Source: Isurus oxyrinchus (lineage: Eukaryota). From it: a DNA stretch of 64,000 nucleotides. Position 1 is the stretch's first letter. Each line of letters begins with the position of its first letter. The translations under genes and the position numbers were made by a program. Positions 11,885-23,314 of the stretch are shown in pieces. The notes beneath the pieces are model-generated. The model had not been told where the DNA came from. It did no database searches and saw only the letters and a program-made list of their open reading frames with translations. Location: positions 17,546,001-17,610,000 of the forward strand of contig JANJGN010000034.1 in assembly GCA_026770705.1 (NCBI GenBank). Direction: 5' to 3'.

Positions 11885-12125
11885 ATCTGGCCTCTTGACC
11901 ATCCCCTGATTTCCATCACTCCATCATTGGCGGCCGTGACGTCAGCTGCCTGGGCCCTAAGCTCTGGAATTCCCTCCCTAAACCTCTCTTTTTCAGACAC
12001 TCTTTAAAATCTACCACCTTTTGATCAAGACTTTGGTCACCTGTCCTAATATCTCCTTATGTGGCTCACACTTTCCCCTGTTAGGCACCTTTGGACAATA
12101 AGGATGCTATATCAATGCAAGTTCT
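11885..12125 (+). mobile_element. L2-type LINE/SINE 3' tail (others at ~14190-14475, ~28825-29065, ~33815-34105)
   Basis: ...GCTCTGGAATTCCCTCCCTAAACC...GCTATAT(A/C)AATGCAAG tail, recurrent in the window. Confidence 0.65.
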
Positions 12126-12798
12126 TGCTCAATCTCAGCACCCTGTGACCCGGCCATCTGTGGTTTCCATCACTGGGACAGCCATCTTGGATTTCCTTGT
12201 CTCCTTCAACATCCCCATCTCCCTGCCCACCTCTCGCCCACCCACCGGTGGGGAGGGGAAATTATTACAGACACTCTAACCCTGTCCTCTGACTCTCCAT
12301 CACGATATTTCTGTGTTTGTTGACCTGTTTGGTCACTGCTGGATTGGGCTTGAGCACATCAAGGAATATCCTGTCCATCTGTGGCTCCTCTCAATCCTTC
12401 AGGATCAGTCTGGAGAGTCCGGAGACTCCCAACCTCCTCGTGTCTAATCTGATCCCCATCATCTTCAGCTCAGCGTTTACCGAGATCCTCATCAATTCTT
12501 CTTCATCTCCAATATTGAGGTGAGCTGGCATTTTTCTATTTGTCTGGTTCCTCAGTCAGCACAGCTCCTGTGGAGTGTCCAGCTCTTGCCCATTGCCTCC
12601 CCTATGAGCCTCCTCTCCTCTACGCTCTGTGCTCCATCACCGTGCAGCTCCTGTGACCCATTTTCCAGCTGCTATTGGTACCCAGGATGTTGAGTGTAAT
12701 TTTATTGATCTGTGCTCCTGAACGGCTCCTTTACACACTTGTCCAAAGTGTTGGATTCTTGTAATGTCACCTGAACTCTGCTGGTTTTTCTCTCCTAG

Positions 12799-12952
12799 CA
12801 ATCGACACTTGAATAATCGAAATGAAGCATCTAAGGATGTCCCTTGGACAGGGGTGAGCTGTCCAGGTGAAGCACGGGGCCTTGTGACAACAGCACCTGA
12901 GCATCAGGATGGAGAAGAAAACCTTGTGGGGAACAGGACTGTCCAGCACTGA
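12799..12952 (+). CDS. Unit B exon 6, cytoplasmic tail to stop (NRHLNNRNEASKDVP...NRTVQH*)
   Basis: Strong acceptor gtttttctctcctAG; phase 2 fits the TM exon; total CDS 717 nt = 238 aa. Confidence 0.72.
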
Positions 12953-13699
12953 CTGAGTTTCCCCAGCACTGAGCCTGTGTCAGGGAGGGGAAAATCAGCC
13001 CAGAATGGATGATTGTTACATATGCACGTATAACCCTCTGCACTGTGGAGGCTCCCCCCCATCATCGCCACCGCTGCCCTGCGGGGCCCAGCCCTCTCCC
13101 CACCCCCGACGTCATGCAGAGACTATGGGATATTTCAGTTTAATGTCTCACACATTCCCCTTGTAAACACGATAAATAACAATCACCTGTCAGGCAATGT
13201 GGACACACCTCATATTTTCGAAGATACCTAAGGTTTTAGATTCATAATAAAGACAGCTTCAATTATATATCAAGTATACACAGACCCACAGGAGCAGCAG
13301 TGCGAACCCTACAAACACACATGAGCAGTGTGAGCATTACAAACACACTCACACAAACGTGAGTAGTGAATGTTATAGACAGCAATATTTCTCTCTAACT
13401 CATTCACACACACACACTGCACTCGCACATGCACACACACATCGCACTCACACATTCACACACACACCTTGCTCACACAAACACAGCTCAGCCGCTTGCA
13501 GACTTGCCCACGGGTGTTAGAACAGAGCAGTTAAGCACAGGGTTGGCACAGCTCAGTGCCAGCGAGGTATCTGATCCCTCTGCTGGCCAGGACCTTCATC
13601 ATTTGAGCCTTTTGCTAATCTTTGAGCGGTGGGCCAACCCCTGAGGGAAGCGGGTGATGGTCAAGAGGCCAGAATTGGAGGAGCGTAGAGATCTTGCAG

Positions 13700-14190
13700 C
13701 GTTGTAGAGACTGGAGGAGGTTACAGAGATAAGGAGGGTTGTAGGGGCTGGAGGAGCTTACAGAGATAAGGAGGGTTGTAGGGGCTGGAGGAGGTTACAG
13801 AGATAAGGAGGTTTGTAGGGGCTGGAGGAGGTTACAGAGATAAGGAGGGTTGTAGGGGCTGGAGGAGGTTACAGAGATAGGGAGGGTTGTAGGGGCTGGA
13901 GGAGGTTACAGAGATAGGAAGGGTTGTAGGGGCTGGAGGAGGTTACAGAGATAGGAAGGGTTGTAGGGGCTAGAGGAGGTTACAGAGATAAGGAGGGTTG
14001 TAGGGGCTGGAGGAGGATACAGAGATAAGGAGAGTTGCAGGGACTGGAGGAGGTTTCTTCCAGCCCCTACAATCCCCTTATGTCAGTTACTTCCTCCAGC
14101 CCCTACAACCCTCGCTCTCGCTGTAATCTCCTCCAGCCCCTACAACCTTCCCTTTCTCTGTAACCTCCTCCGGCCCCTACAACCCTCCAA
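13700..14190. repeat. 37-bp minisatellite (GGGAGGGTTGTAGGGGCTGGAGGAGGTTACAGAGATA) that switches orientation at ~14055
   Basis: About 9 direct units, then about 3.5 reverse-complement units. Confidence 0.9.
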
Positions 14191-14609
14191 AATCTCCACG
14201 CTCCTTTCAGCCCCTTGAGCATCCCCCAATTTCCATCGCTCCACCATTGGTGGCTGTGCCTTCAGCTGCCTGGGACCAAGACTCTGAAATTCCCTCCCTA
14301 ATCCTCTATCTCCCTTCCTTTAAGATGCCCCTTAAAAACTTCATTGTCCAACATTTTGGTCCCTACCGTCTGCTCTGGTGGTGCTGGATCAACTTTTGAC
14401 TCATTTACAATACCTTGATGGGCATAGGGGCATTTTTTCGCAGTATTAATGGCGCGAAATAAAGGCAAGTTGGTTTTTTTTGTTGTTTTTCCTGTATTAA
14501 AGCGTTGTAGCCATTAGATGGCGCTGCGCATCCAAATTTAAAACCGAGCAGCGGTGCCACCAGGTGGGCAAAGGCCGGTATTGCAGAGACAACCTCAGCA
14601 ACTTTCAAA

Positions 14610-15925
14610 ACAAATACTTGCATTTCTCTGGCGCCTTCACTTTCCCGGGATGTCTAAAGCTTTTCACGGCCAATTAAATACCTTTCCAAAAGTATTTTCG
14701 GTGATGTAATGTAGGAAACGTGGCGGCCAATTTGTGCACAGCAAGCTCCCACAAACATCAATGTGATAATGACCCAAGTCATATGTTTATAGTGATGTTG
14801 GTTGAGGGATAAATATTGGCCCCAGAACACCGGAGAGACCCTCCTTCTGCTCTACATCAAACCACCATCGCCCAAACCCATCAAAGACGCAAGTTTGTGC
14901 ATTCCACCTCAGAAACCGTGAAGTCAAATGCCAGCTTAAAGTAACCTGGTGTGGAGCAACACTGATGCATTGTGAGCACCCTATCTACTTAGGAGTCACC
15001 CTTGACAAATGCCTCACCTGCAAGAAACACATCGAAAAGACAAAGGCAAAAGTGAGCGCACGAAACAACATCCTCAATAAGCTCACTAACACAAAATGGG
15101 GAGCAAGCTCGAAAACATTGCGAACCAGTGCACTTGCTGTTTGCTATTCCACTGCCGAATACACCTGCCCTGCATGGGAAAGATCTACTGATCTACTCAC
15201 GCTAAGAAGATGGATGCCGTTCTGAATACAAGCTGCCGACTTATCACAGGTTGTTTAAAACCAACAAACACCAACAGCCTATATATCCTGGCGGGTATCA
15301 CTCCCCCTGATATAAGAAGAACGGTAGCCGGCAAGAAGGAGCGACTCCATCAAACATCAGATGAGAGGCACCCTCTATATGGTCATACACCTACACCCAG
15401 CTGCCTAAAGTCAAGGAAGAGCTTCCTGAACAGTGTTGTTCCATTACAAACTACCCCATCTGAAGACCGCATCGCCTTGTGGAAAGACCGGCTCGTCAGT
15501 CTCGAACAATCCCCAGCGATGGAAATTCTACCAGATGAAATCATTCCCCCAGGAGCTAATTGCCACTGGGCAACCTGGAAGTCCCTTAACAGACTTAGGA
15601 CGGGTGTAGGTCATTCAAAGGTGTCACTAAGCAAATGGGGATATACAACCAGCCCGACAACATGTGAATATGGAACTGAGTCATAGACTTGCAACATCTT
15701 CTGCAATGCCTATCGCTAGAGGAACCCTGCACTGTTGCAGATGTTGCTAAATTCAACAACAAGGCACAAAAAGGTGTCCAGTTCTGGCTGGGACACGTAT
15801 AGACTGCCCGTGGACACGATAAGACTTCCAAATAGTGGCCGTGGGATATTTTACACCGACCAAGGGGGAAGATGTGGACCTTGGTTTAAAATTTCACCTG
15901 AAGGCCGGCATCTCCTCTGGCATCG
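14610..15925 (-). mobile_element. DeuSINE (SacSINE1/AmnSINE-like) element interrupted by a LINE insertion
   Basis: Deu-domain-like text (GAGGGATAAATATTGGCC...CTTCCAAATAGTGGCC); uninterrupted paralogue at ~34230-34635. Confidence 0.7.
14854..15824 (+). mobile_element. 5'-truncated I-clade (Ingi/Vingi-like) non-LTR retrotransposon
   Basis: YLGVTLD, KWGA, LNTSCRLITGCLKPT, WKSLNRLRTGVG, a Cys/His knuckle remnant and a GATAAGA tail; frameshifted. Confidence 0.75.
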
Positions 15926-16655
15926 ACCCTCCGACAGTGCAGCGCCCCCTCAGTGTCGACCCACCAACAGCGCGGCGGCCCCTCAGTACTGACCCTCCAA
16001 CAGCGTAGTGCCCCCTCAGTACTGACCATCCGACAGCACGGAGACCCCTCAGTACTGACCCTCCGACAGTGCGGCGCCCCCTCAGTACTGACCCTCCGAC
16101 AGTGCGGCGCCCCCTCAGTGTCGACCCTCTGACAGCGCGGAGCCCCCTCAGTACTGACCCTCTGACAGCGCGGAGTCCCTTCAGCACTGACCCTCCGACA
16201 GTGCGGAGCCCCCTCAGTACTGACCATCCGACAGCGCGGAGCCCCCTCAGTACTGACCCTCCAACAGTGCGGAGACCCCTCAGTACTGACCCTCTGACAG
16301 TGCGGCGCCCCCTGAGTACTGACTCTCCGACAGCGCGGAGACCCCTCAGTACTGACCCTCCGACAGTGCGGAGCCCCCTCAGTACTGACCCTCCAACAGT
16401 GCGGAGACCCCTCAGTACTGACCCTCCGACAGTGCGGCGCCCCCTGAGTACTGCCCCTCTGACAGTGCGGCGCCCCCTGAGTACTGCCCCTCTGACAGTG
16501 TGGCGCCCCTGAGTACTGACCCTCCAACAGCGCGGAGCCCCCTCAGTACTGACCCTCCGACCGCGCGGAGTACTGACCCTCCAACAGCGCGGAGCCCCCT
16601 CAGTACTGACCCTCCGACCGCGCGGAGCCCCCTCAGTACTGACCCTCCGACAACA
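15920..16655. repeat. 33-bp tandem repeat derived from the SINE body (CAGTACTGACCCTCCGACAGTGCGGAGCCCCCT), about 22 units
   Basis: 11-aa periodicity in all ORF frames; contiguous with the SINE. Confidence 0.92.
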
Positions 16656-17170
16656 GAATGTGTTAATAGCAGAACGAGGTTCCACACTCGGTGAAAGAAC
16701 AACATGGAAGAAGTGACAGATGGTCCTTTGGGGTGGGGAGAGGGGACATTGGAAGTGAGAATAGCAAGTGGGATAAAAAAGGGGATAAATCAATGAATAA
16801 ATGAATGGGGAAATGATTAGGTAAAACAATAAAAACATTTTAAAAATGCGATTAAAGATGTGGGAGAGGCTGGAGGAGAAATTTCATGATCTGAAGTTGA
16901 ACTTCATGTTAAATCTGCAAGGCTGTAAAGTTTGAGCTGAGCTCCTGCCCGGACATGCAGCTGGAAAGTGGGTCCCGGACCAAATGGACCGCTTCTGAAT
17001 TGAGAAATGATGTTTTTCTGCACATTGATGCATATCCGCGCTCACATCCGGCACAGGGGACGGGTGAGAGTTTTGTTTTTTGGAATCAGAGACCAAAGCA
17101 AATGCAGAATGTACCTGTGACGCAATTATTCTAATGAGAGGATGTGGGAGGCGGGAGATCCCTGCTCTGT

Positions 17171-19032
17171 AACAAAAACAGAATTACCTGGAAAAACTCA
17201 GTAGGTCTGGCAGCATCGGCGGAGGAGAAAAGAGTTGACGTTTCGAGTCCTCATGACCCTTCGACAGAACTTGATTTCGAGTCCAGGAAAGAGTTGAAAT
17301 ATAAGCTGGTTTAAGGTGTGTGGGGGGGGGGGGGGAAGGAGAGAGAGAGAGAGACAGAGGTGCTTGTGTAGACAAACAAGCAGTGATAGAAGCAGATCAT
17401 CAAAAGATGTCAGTAACAATGGTACAAAAGAACACATAGGTGTTAAAGTTAAAGTTGGTGATATTATCTAAACGAATGTGCTAATTAAGAATGGATGGTA
17501 GGGCACTCAAGGTACAGCTCTAGTGGGGGTGGGGGGAGCATAAAGGATTTTAAAATATTTAAAAATAATGGAAATAGGTGGGAAAAGAAAAATCTATAAA
17601 ATTTATAGGGGAAAAAAGGGGGAAACAGAAAGGGGGTGGGGATGGGGGAGGGAGCTCACGACCTAAAGTTATTGAATTCAATATTCAGACCGGAAGGCTG
17701 TAAGGTGCCTAGTCGGAAGATGAGGTGTTGTTCCTCCAGTTTGCGTTGGGCTTCACTGGAACAATGCAGTAAGCCAAGGACAGACATGTGGGCAAGAGAG
17801 CAGGGTGGAGTGTTAAAATGGCAAGCCACAGGGAGGTTTGGGTCATTCTTGCGGACAGACCGCAGGTGTTCTGCAAAGCGGTCGCCCAGTTTACGTTTGG
17901 TCTCTCCAATGTAGAGGAGACCACATTGGGAGCAACGAATGCAGTAGACTAAGTTGGGGGAAATGCAAGTGAAATGCTGCTTCACTTGAAAGGAATGTTT
18001 GGGCCCTTGGACGGTGAGGAGAGAGGAAGTGAAGGGGCAGGTGTTACATCTTTTGCGTGGGCATGGGGTGGTGCCATAGGAGGGGGTTGAGGAGTAGGGG
18101 GTGATGGAGGAGTGGACCAGGGTGTCCCGGAGGGAGCGATCTCTACGGAATGCCGATAAGGGGGGTGAAGGGAAGATGTGTTTGGTGGTGGCATCATGCT
18201 GGAGTTGGCGGAAATGGCGGAGGATGATCCTTTGAATGCGGAGGCTGGTGGGGTGATAAGTGAGGACAAGGGGGACCCTATCATGTTTCTGGGAGGGAGG
18301 AGAAGGCGTGAGGGCGGATGCGCGGGAGATGGGCCGGACACGGTTGAGGGCCCTGTCAACGACCGTGGGTGGAAAACCTCGGTTAAGGAAGAAGGAGGAC
18401 ATGTCAGAGGAACCGTTTTTGAAGGTAGCATCATCGGAACAGATGCGACGAAGGCGAAGGAACTGGGAGAATGGGATGGAGTCCTTACAGGAAGCGGGGT
18501 GTGAGGAGCTGTAGTCGAGGTAGCTGTGGGAGTCGGTGGGTTTGTAGTGGATATTGGTGGACAGTCTATCACCAGAGATTGAGACAGAGAGGTCAAGGAA
18601 GGGAAGGGAAGTGTCAGAGATGGACCACGTGAAAATGATGGAGGGGTGGAGATTGGAAGCAAAATTAATAAATTTTTCCAAGTCCCGACGAGAGCATGAA
18701 GCAGCACCGAAGTAATCATCGATGTACCGGAGAAAAAGTTGTGGAAGGGGGCCGGGGTAGGACTGCAACAAGGAATGTTCCACATATCCCATAAAGAGAC
18801 AGGCATAGCTGGGGCCCATGCGGGTACCCATAGCCACACCTTTTATTTGGAGGAAGTGAGAGGAGTTGAAGGAGAAATTGTTCAGCGTGAGAACAAGTTC
18901 AGCCAGACGGAGGAGAGTAGTGGTGGATGGGGATTGTTCGGGCCTCTGTTCGAGGAAGAAGCTAAGGGCCCTCAGACCATCCTGGTGGGGGATGGAGGTG
19001 TAGAGGGATTGGACGTCCATGGTGAAGAGGAA
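17171..19032 (-). mobile_element. Young Penelope-like element, 5'-truncated, with an uninterrupted 454-codon RT + GIY-YIG frame (17656-19020)
   Basis: DVQSLYTSIPH, GVAMGTRMGPSYA, RYIDD, FLDL, VYCIRC..C..LYIGET..L..RF.EH; possible duplicated target CCCTGCTCTGT at 17160-17170 and 19038-19048. Confidence 0.95.
17233..17271 (-). ncRNA. Minimal type I hammerhead-like motif
   Basis: - strand AGTT-CTGTCGA-A-GGGTC atgag GACTC-GAAAC-GTC-AACT. Confidence 0.6.
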
Positions 19033-19039
19033 ACTGCCC

Positions 19040-19435
19040 CTGCTCTGTGTCCAATGAGAGGATGAGGGAGGAGGACGAGTGCGGTTTGTGATTTTCTGTC
19101 TGACGGGTCCGTTATCTGCATCGGAGCGGAGTCGGCGAGAGCGAGGAGTCGCCGAGTTAATTTCTATATCACACCCGTAAAATCAACCGGGATCTCCCCC
19201 CACTGGACTCTCCCTGATCCCGGTGTGGACCCGAATGGATGGAAAGGAGCTGCAGGTACCGGCAGGGCCTCAGAGCCGGGAGTGGTGGGGGTGGCGGGAC
19301 CGTGGGTCCGGGTGTCGGGGGGACAGTGGGTCCGGGTGTCGGGGGGACCGGGAATGGGGGGGGTTTGGATGCGGGTGAAATGTGGGGAAAAAGGAAACTG
19401 AACTGATCCGCGATCCGGGGAAAACATTAAAAAAA
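19040..19435 (+). pseudogene. Unit C relic: promoter, exon 1 (19235-19255, MDGKELQ) and start of intron 1 only
   Basis: Near-identical to 4240-4510 and 23055-23295, then joins directly to sequence homologous to 32059 onward. Confidence 0.8.
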
Positions 19436-20799
19436 TGACGGTCAATAAATACTGAGTTTTATAGAAGTTTCTCCCATTCACCAATTGGGGAGCAGTAACA
19501 CTGTGTTGGTCCGCTGTGATATTTCTCTAATATGTGTAAAAACTTGGAGAGACATGAACTGGGTGAGAGCCTGGGTAAGGGGCTTCCACTCGCCCCACTG
19601 GGGAGCTTGTGTCCCTGGGTTACTGGGGTGGAAACACCAGTCAGTGTTTGAGGGTGGGAATGGGCAATGGCAGCAGGAGAGCAGACCAGGGGATCGCTGT
19701 GTTAACACACTGTGGCCTTTGGTATGAATGAACACAGCAAGCTGATTCAGGAGGCCATTCAGAGATGGGGCCCTTCCCCAGCCTGGGAGAAAGATACAGG
19801 AACATGGGAATATATTCCCACATCAAGGAAGAACAGCAGCTAAAAAGTCCCAGAGATCCAGACTTGTTCCTCAACACCTCAACCTCAGGAAACAATTCCC
19901 CAAATCCCTTTTAAACAATTTTTGGATTTATATAATTTAAAATGCGCAATATACATTGCATAGTAAACACACTCTTTGAGTGCTAGAGTTTGTCCTAATG
20001 TCTTCAGCAACTCATTTGCCAGGCACCTTCTGGAGTCTCACTCAGTGGATGTAGTTCGGCTATTTGGCTATGACGGGCATCACAGTTAAGTTTCTTACCC
20101 AAGAGAGGCTCTGAGATTTCAACAGGAGCGAATGGAGAGTGATCAGGAGCAGGAAATAAAAGAAATGTACAAAAACATTAAATATTCCACAAGCCAAATA
20201 GATGATAATTTAACAAATACATATGAACAGAGACTATGGGATATTTCAGTTTAATGTTTCACACTTTCCCCTTGTAAACATGATAAATAACAATCACCTG
20301 TCAGGCAATGTGGACACACCTTATATTTTCGAAGATACCTGAGTTTTTAGATTCATAATAGAGACTGCTTCATTTATATATAAAGTATACACAGACCCAC
20401 AGGAGCAGCAGTACAAACCCTACAAACACACATGAGCAGTGTGAGCCTTACACACACATAAACGTGAGTAGTGAATGTTATATACAGCAATATTTCTCTC
20501 TAACTCATTCACACTCACACACCTCACTTGCACATGCACACACACACCGCACTCACACATTCACACACACAGCTTGCTCACACAAACACAGCTCAGCCGC
20601 TTGCAGACTTTCCCATGGGTGTTAGAACGGAGCAGGTAACACATGTTTGGCACAGCTCAGTGCCAGCGAGGTATCCGATCCTTCTATTGTCAGGACCTTT
20701 ACCATTTGTGCCTTTTGCTAATCTTTGAGTGGTGGGGCTGCTCCTGAGGGAAGCGGGGGCTGGTCAAGAGGCCAGAATCGGAGGAGCATAGAGATCTTG

Positions 20800-21280
20800 G
20801 AATGTTGTAGGGGCTGGAGCAGGTTACAGAGATTGGCAGGGTTGTAGAGACTGGAGGAGGTTACAGAGATAGGGAGGGTTGCAGGGGCTGGAGGAGGTTA
20901 CAGAGATAGGGAGGGTTGTAGGGGTTGGAGGAGCTTACAGAGATAAGGAGGGTTGTAGGGCCTGGAGGAGGTTACAGAGATAGGGAGGGTTGTAGGGGCT
21001 GAAGGAGGTTACAGAGATCGGGAGGGTTGTAGGGGCTGGAGGAGGTTACAGAGATAAGGAGGGTTGTAGGGGCTGGAGGAGGTTACAGAGATAGGGAGGG
21101 TTGTAGGGGTTGGAGGAGGTTACAGAGATAGGGAGGGTTGTAGGGGCTGGAGGAGGTTACAGAGATAGGGAGGGTTGTAGGGGCTGGAGGAGTTTACAGA
21201 GATAGGGAGGGTTGTAGGGGCTGGAGGAGGTTACAGAGATAGGGAGAGTTGCAGTGGCTGGAGGAGGTTACAGAGATAGA
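20800..21280. repeat. 37-bp minisatellite, about 13 units
   Basis: Same unit as 13700-14055. Confidence 0.92.
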
Positions 21281-21284
21281 GAGC

Positions 21285-21584
21285 CTTTCCACCAACTTTA
21301 ACTTTAACACCTATGTGTTCTATTGTACCATTGTCATTGACATCTTTTGATGATCTGCTTCTATCACTGCTTGTTTGTCCCTACAACCACACACCCCCCA
21401 CCTCTCTCTCTCTCTATCTCTCCGCCCCCCACACACACACATTAAACCATCTTACATTTCAACTCTTTCTTGGACTTGAACTCAAGTTCTGTCGAAGGGT
21501 CATGAGGGCTCGAAACGTCAACTCTTTTCTTCTCCGCCGATGCTGCCAGACCTGCTGAGTTTTTCCAAGTAATTCTGTTTTTGC
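21285..21584 (+). mobile_element. Penelope terminal-repeat fragment with a hammerhead-like motif at 21485-21523
   Basis: Reverse-complement match to 17171-17460. Confidence 0.85.
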
Positions 21585-22460
21585 CAGCTTAAAGTAACCT
21601 GGTGTGGAGCAACACTGATGCATTGTGAGCACCCTATCTACTTAGGAGTCACCCTTCACCGATGCCTCACCTGCAAGAACCACATCGAAAAGACAAACGC
21701 AAAAGTGAGCGCACGAAACAACATCCTCAATAAGCTCACTAACATAAAATGGGGAGCAAGCCCGAAAACATCGCGAACCAGTGCACTTGCTGTTTGCTAT
21801 TCCACTGCCGAATACACCTGCCCTGTGTGGGAAAGATCTACTCACACTAAGAAGATGGATGCCGTTCTGAATACAAGCTGCCGACTTATCACAGGTTGTT
21901 TAAAACCAACAAACACCAGCATCGTATATATCCTGGCGGTAATCGCTTCCCCTGATATAAGAAGAACGGTAGCCAGCAAGAAAGAACAACTCCATCAAAC
22001 ATCAAATGAGAGTCACCCGCTACATGGTCATACACGTAAACCCAGCTGCCTAAAGTCAAGGAAGAGCTTCATGAACCTTACAAACAACCCCATCTGAAGC
22101 CCGCATCGCCTTGTGGAAAGACCGGCTCGCCAGTCTCGAACAATCCCCAGGGATGGAAATTCTACCAGATGAAATCATTCCCCCAGGAGCTAATTGCAAC
22201 TGGGCAACCTGGAAGTCCCTTAACAGACTTAGGGCTGGTGTAGGTCATTCAGAGGTCACTAAGCAAATGGGGATATACAACCAGCCCGACAACTTGTGAA
22301 TGTGGAACTGAGTCACAGACTATGCAACATCTCCTGCAATGCCTATCGCTATAGGAACCCTGCACTGTTGCAGATGTTGCCGAATTCAACAACAAGGCAC
22401 AAAAACATGTCCAGTTCTGGCTGGGCCATGTATAGACTGTCCGTGGACACGATAAGAAGA
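21585..22460 (+). mobile_element. Ingi/Vingi-like LINE fragment (duplicate of ~14930-15824)
   Basis: ORFs 21618-22097 and 22111-22299; same 3' junction. Confidence 0.75.
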
Positions 22461-22554
22461 CTTCCAAATAGTGGCCATGGGATATTTTACACTTACCAAG
22501 GGGGCAGATGTGGACCTTGATTTAAAATTTCACCTGAAGGCCGGCATCTCCTTT

Positions 22555-22940
22555 GGCACCGATCCTCCGACAGCGCGGAGACCCCTCAGTGTCGCAGCTC
22601 CGACAGCGCGGCGCCCACTCAGTGTCGACCCTCTGACAGCGCGGAGCCCCCTCAGTACGGAGCCTCCGACAGCACGGAGCCCCCTATGTACTGACCCTCC
22701 GACAGCACGGCGCCCCCTTGATACTGACCCTCCGACAGCGCGGAGCCGCCTCAGTACTGACCCTCTGACCACGCGGCGCCCCCTCAGTACTGACCCTCCG
22801 ACAGCGCGGAGCCCCCTCAGTACTGACTCTCCGACAGCACGGAGCCGCCTCAGTATTGACCCTCCGACAGCGCGGAGCCCCCTCAGTACTGACCCTCCGA
22901 CAGCGCGGAGCCCCCTCAGTACTGACCCTCCGACAGCGCG
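22555..22940. repeat. 33-bp SINE-derived tandem repeat, about 12 units
   Basis: Read directly. Confidence 0.9.
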
Positions 22941-23133
22941 TGTCCTGCTCTGCGTCCAATGAGGATGAGGAGGGCGGGTCCTGCTCTGTTATTCTCTGTC
23001 TGGCGGGTCCTTTAACTTCACCGGAGTGGAGTCGGTGAGAGCAGGGACTCGCCCGGTAAATTTCTCTATCACACCCGGAAAATCAACCGGGATCTCCTCC
23101 ACTGGACTCTCCCTGATCCCGGTGTGGACCTGA

Positions 23134-23154
23134 ATGGATGGAAAGGAGCTGCAG
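23134..23154 (+). CDS. Unit D exon 1 coding part (MDGKELQ)
   Basis: ATG...CAG|GTACCG; CCAAT (~22957) and GC box (~22972) upstream. Confidence 0.65.
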
Positions 23155-23314
23155 GTACCGGCAGAGCCTCAGAGTGGGGGGACCGTGGGTCCGGGTGTCG
23201 GGGGGACCGGGAATGGGGGGGTTTGGATGCGGGTGAAATGTGGGGAAAAAGGAAACTGAACTGATCCGCGATCCGGGGAAAACATTAAAAAATGGAACTG
23301 GGATCGGGAGGGAG

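Noticed and set aside
15886-16838. Cys/Arg-rich repetitive ORFs (also 22471-22962 and 54247-55054)
   Set aside because: Translations of the 33-bp tandem repeat, open in several frames.
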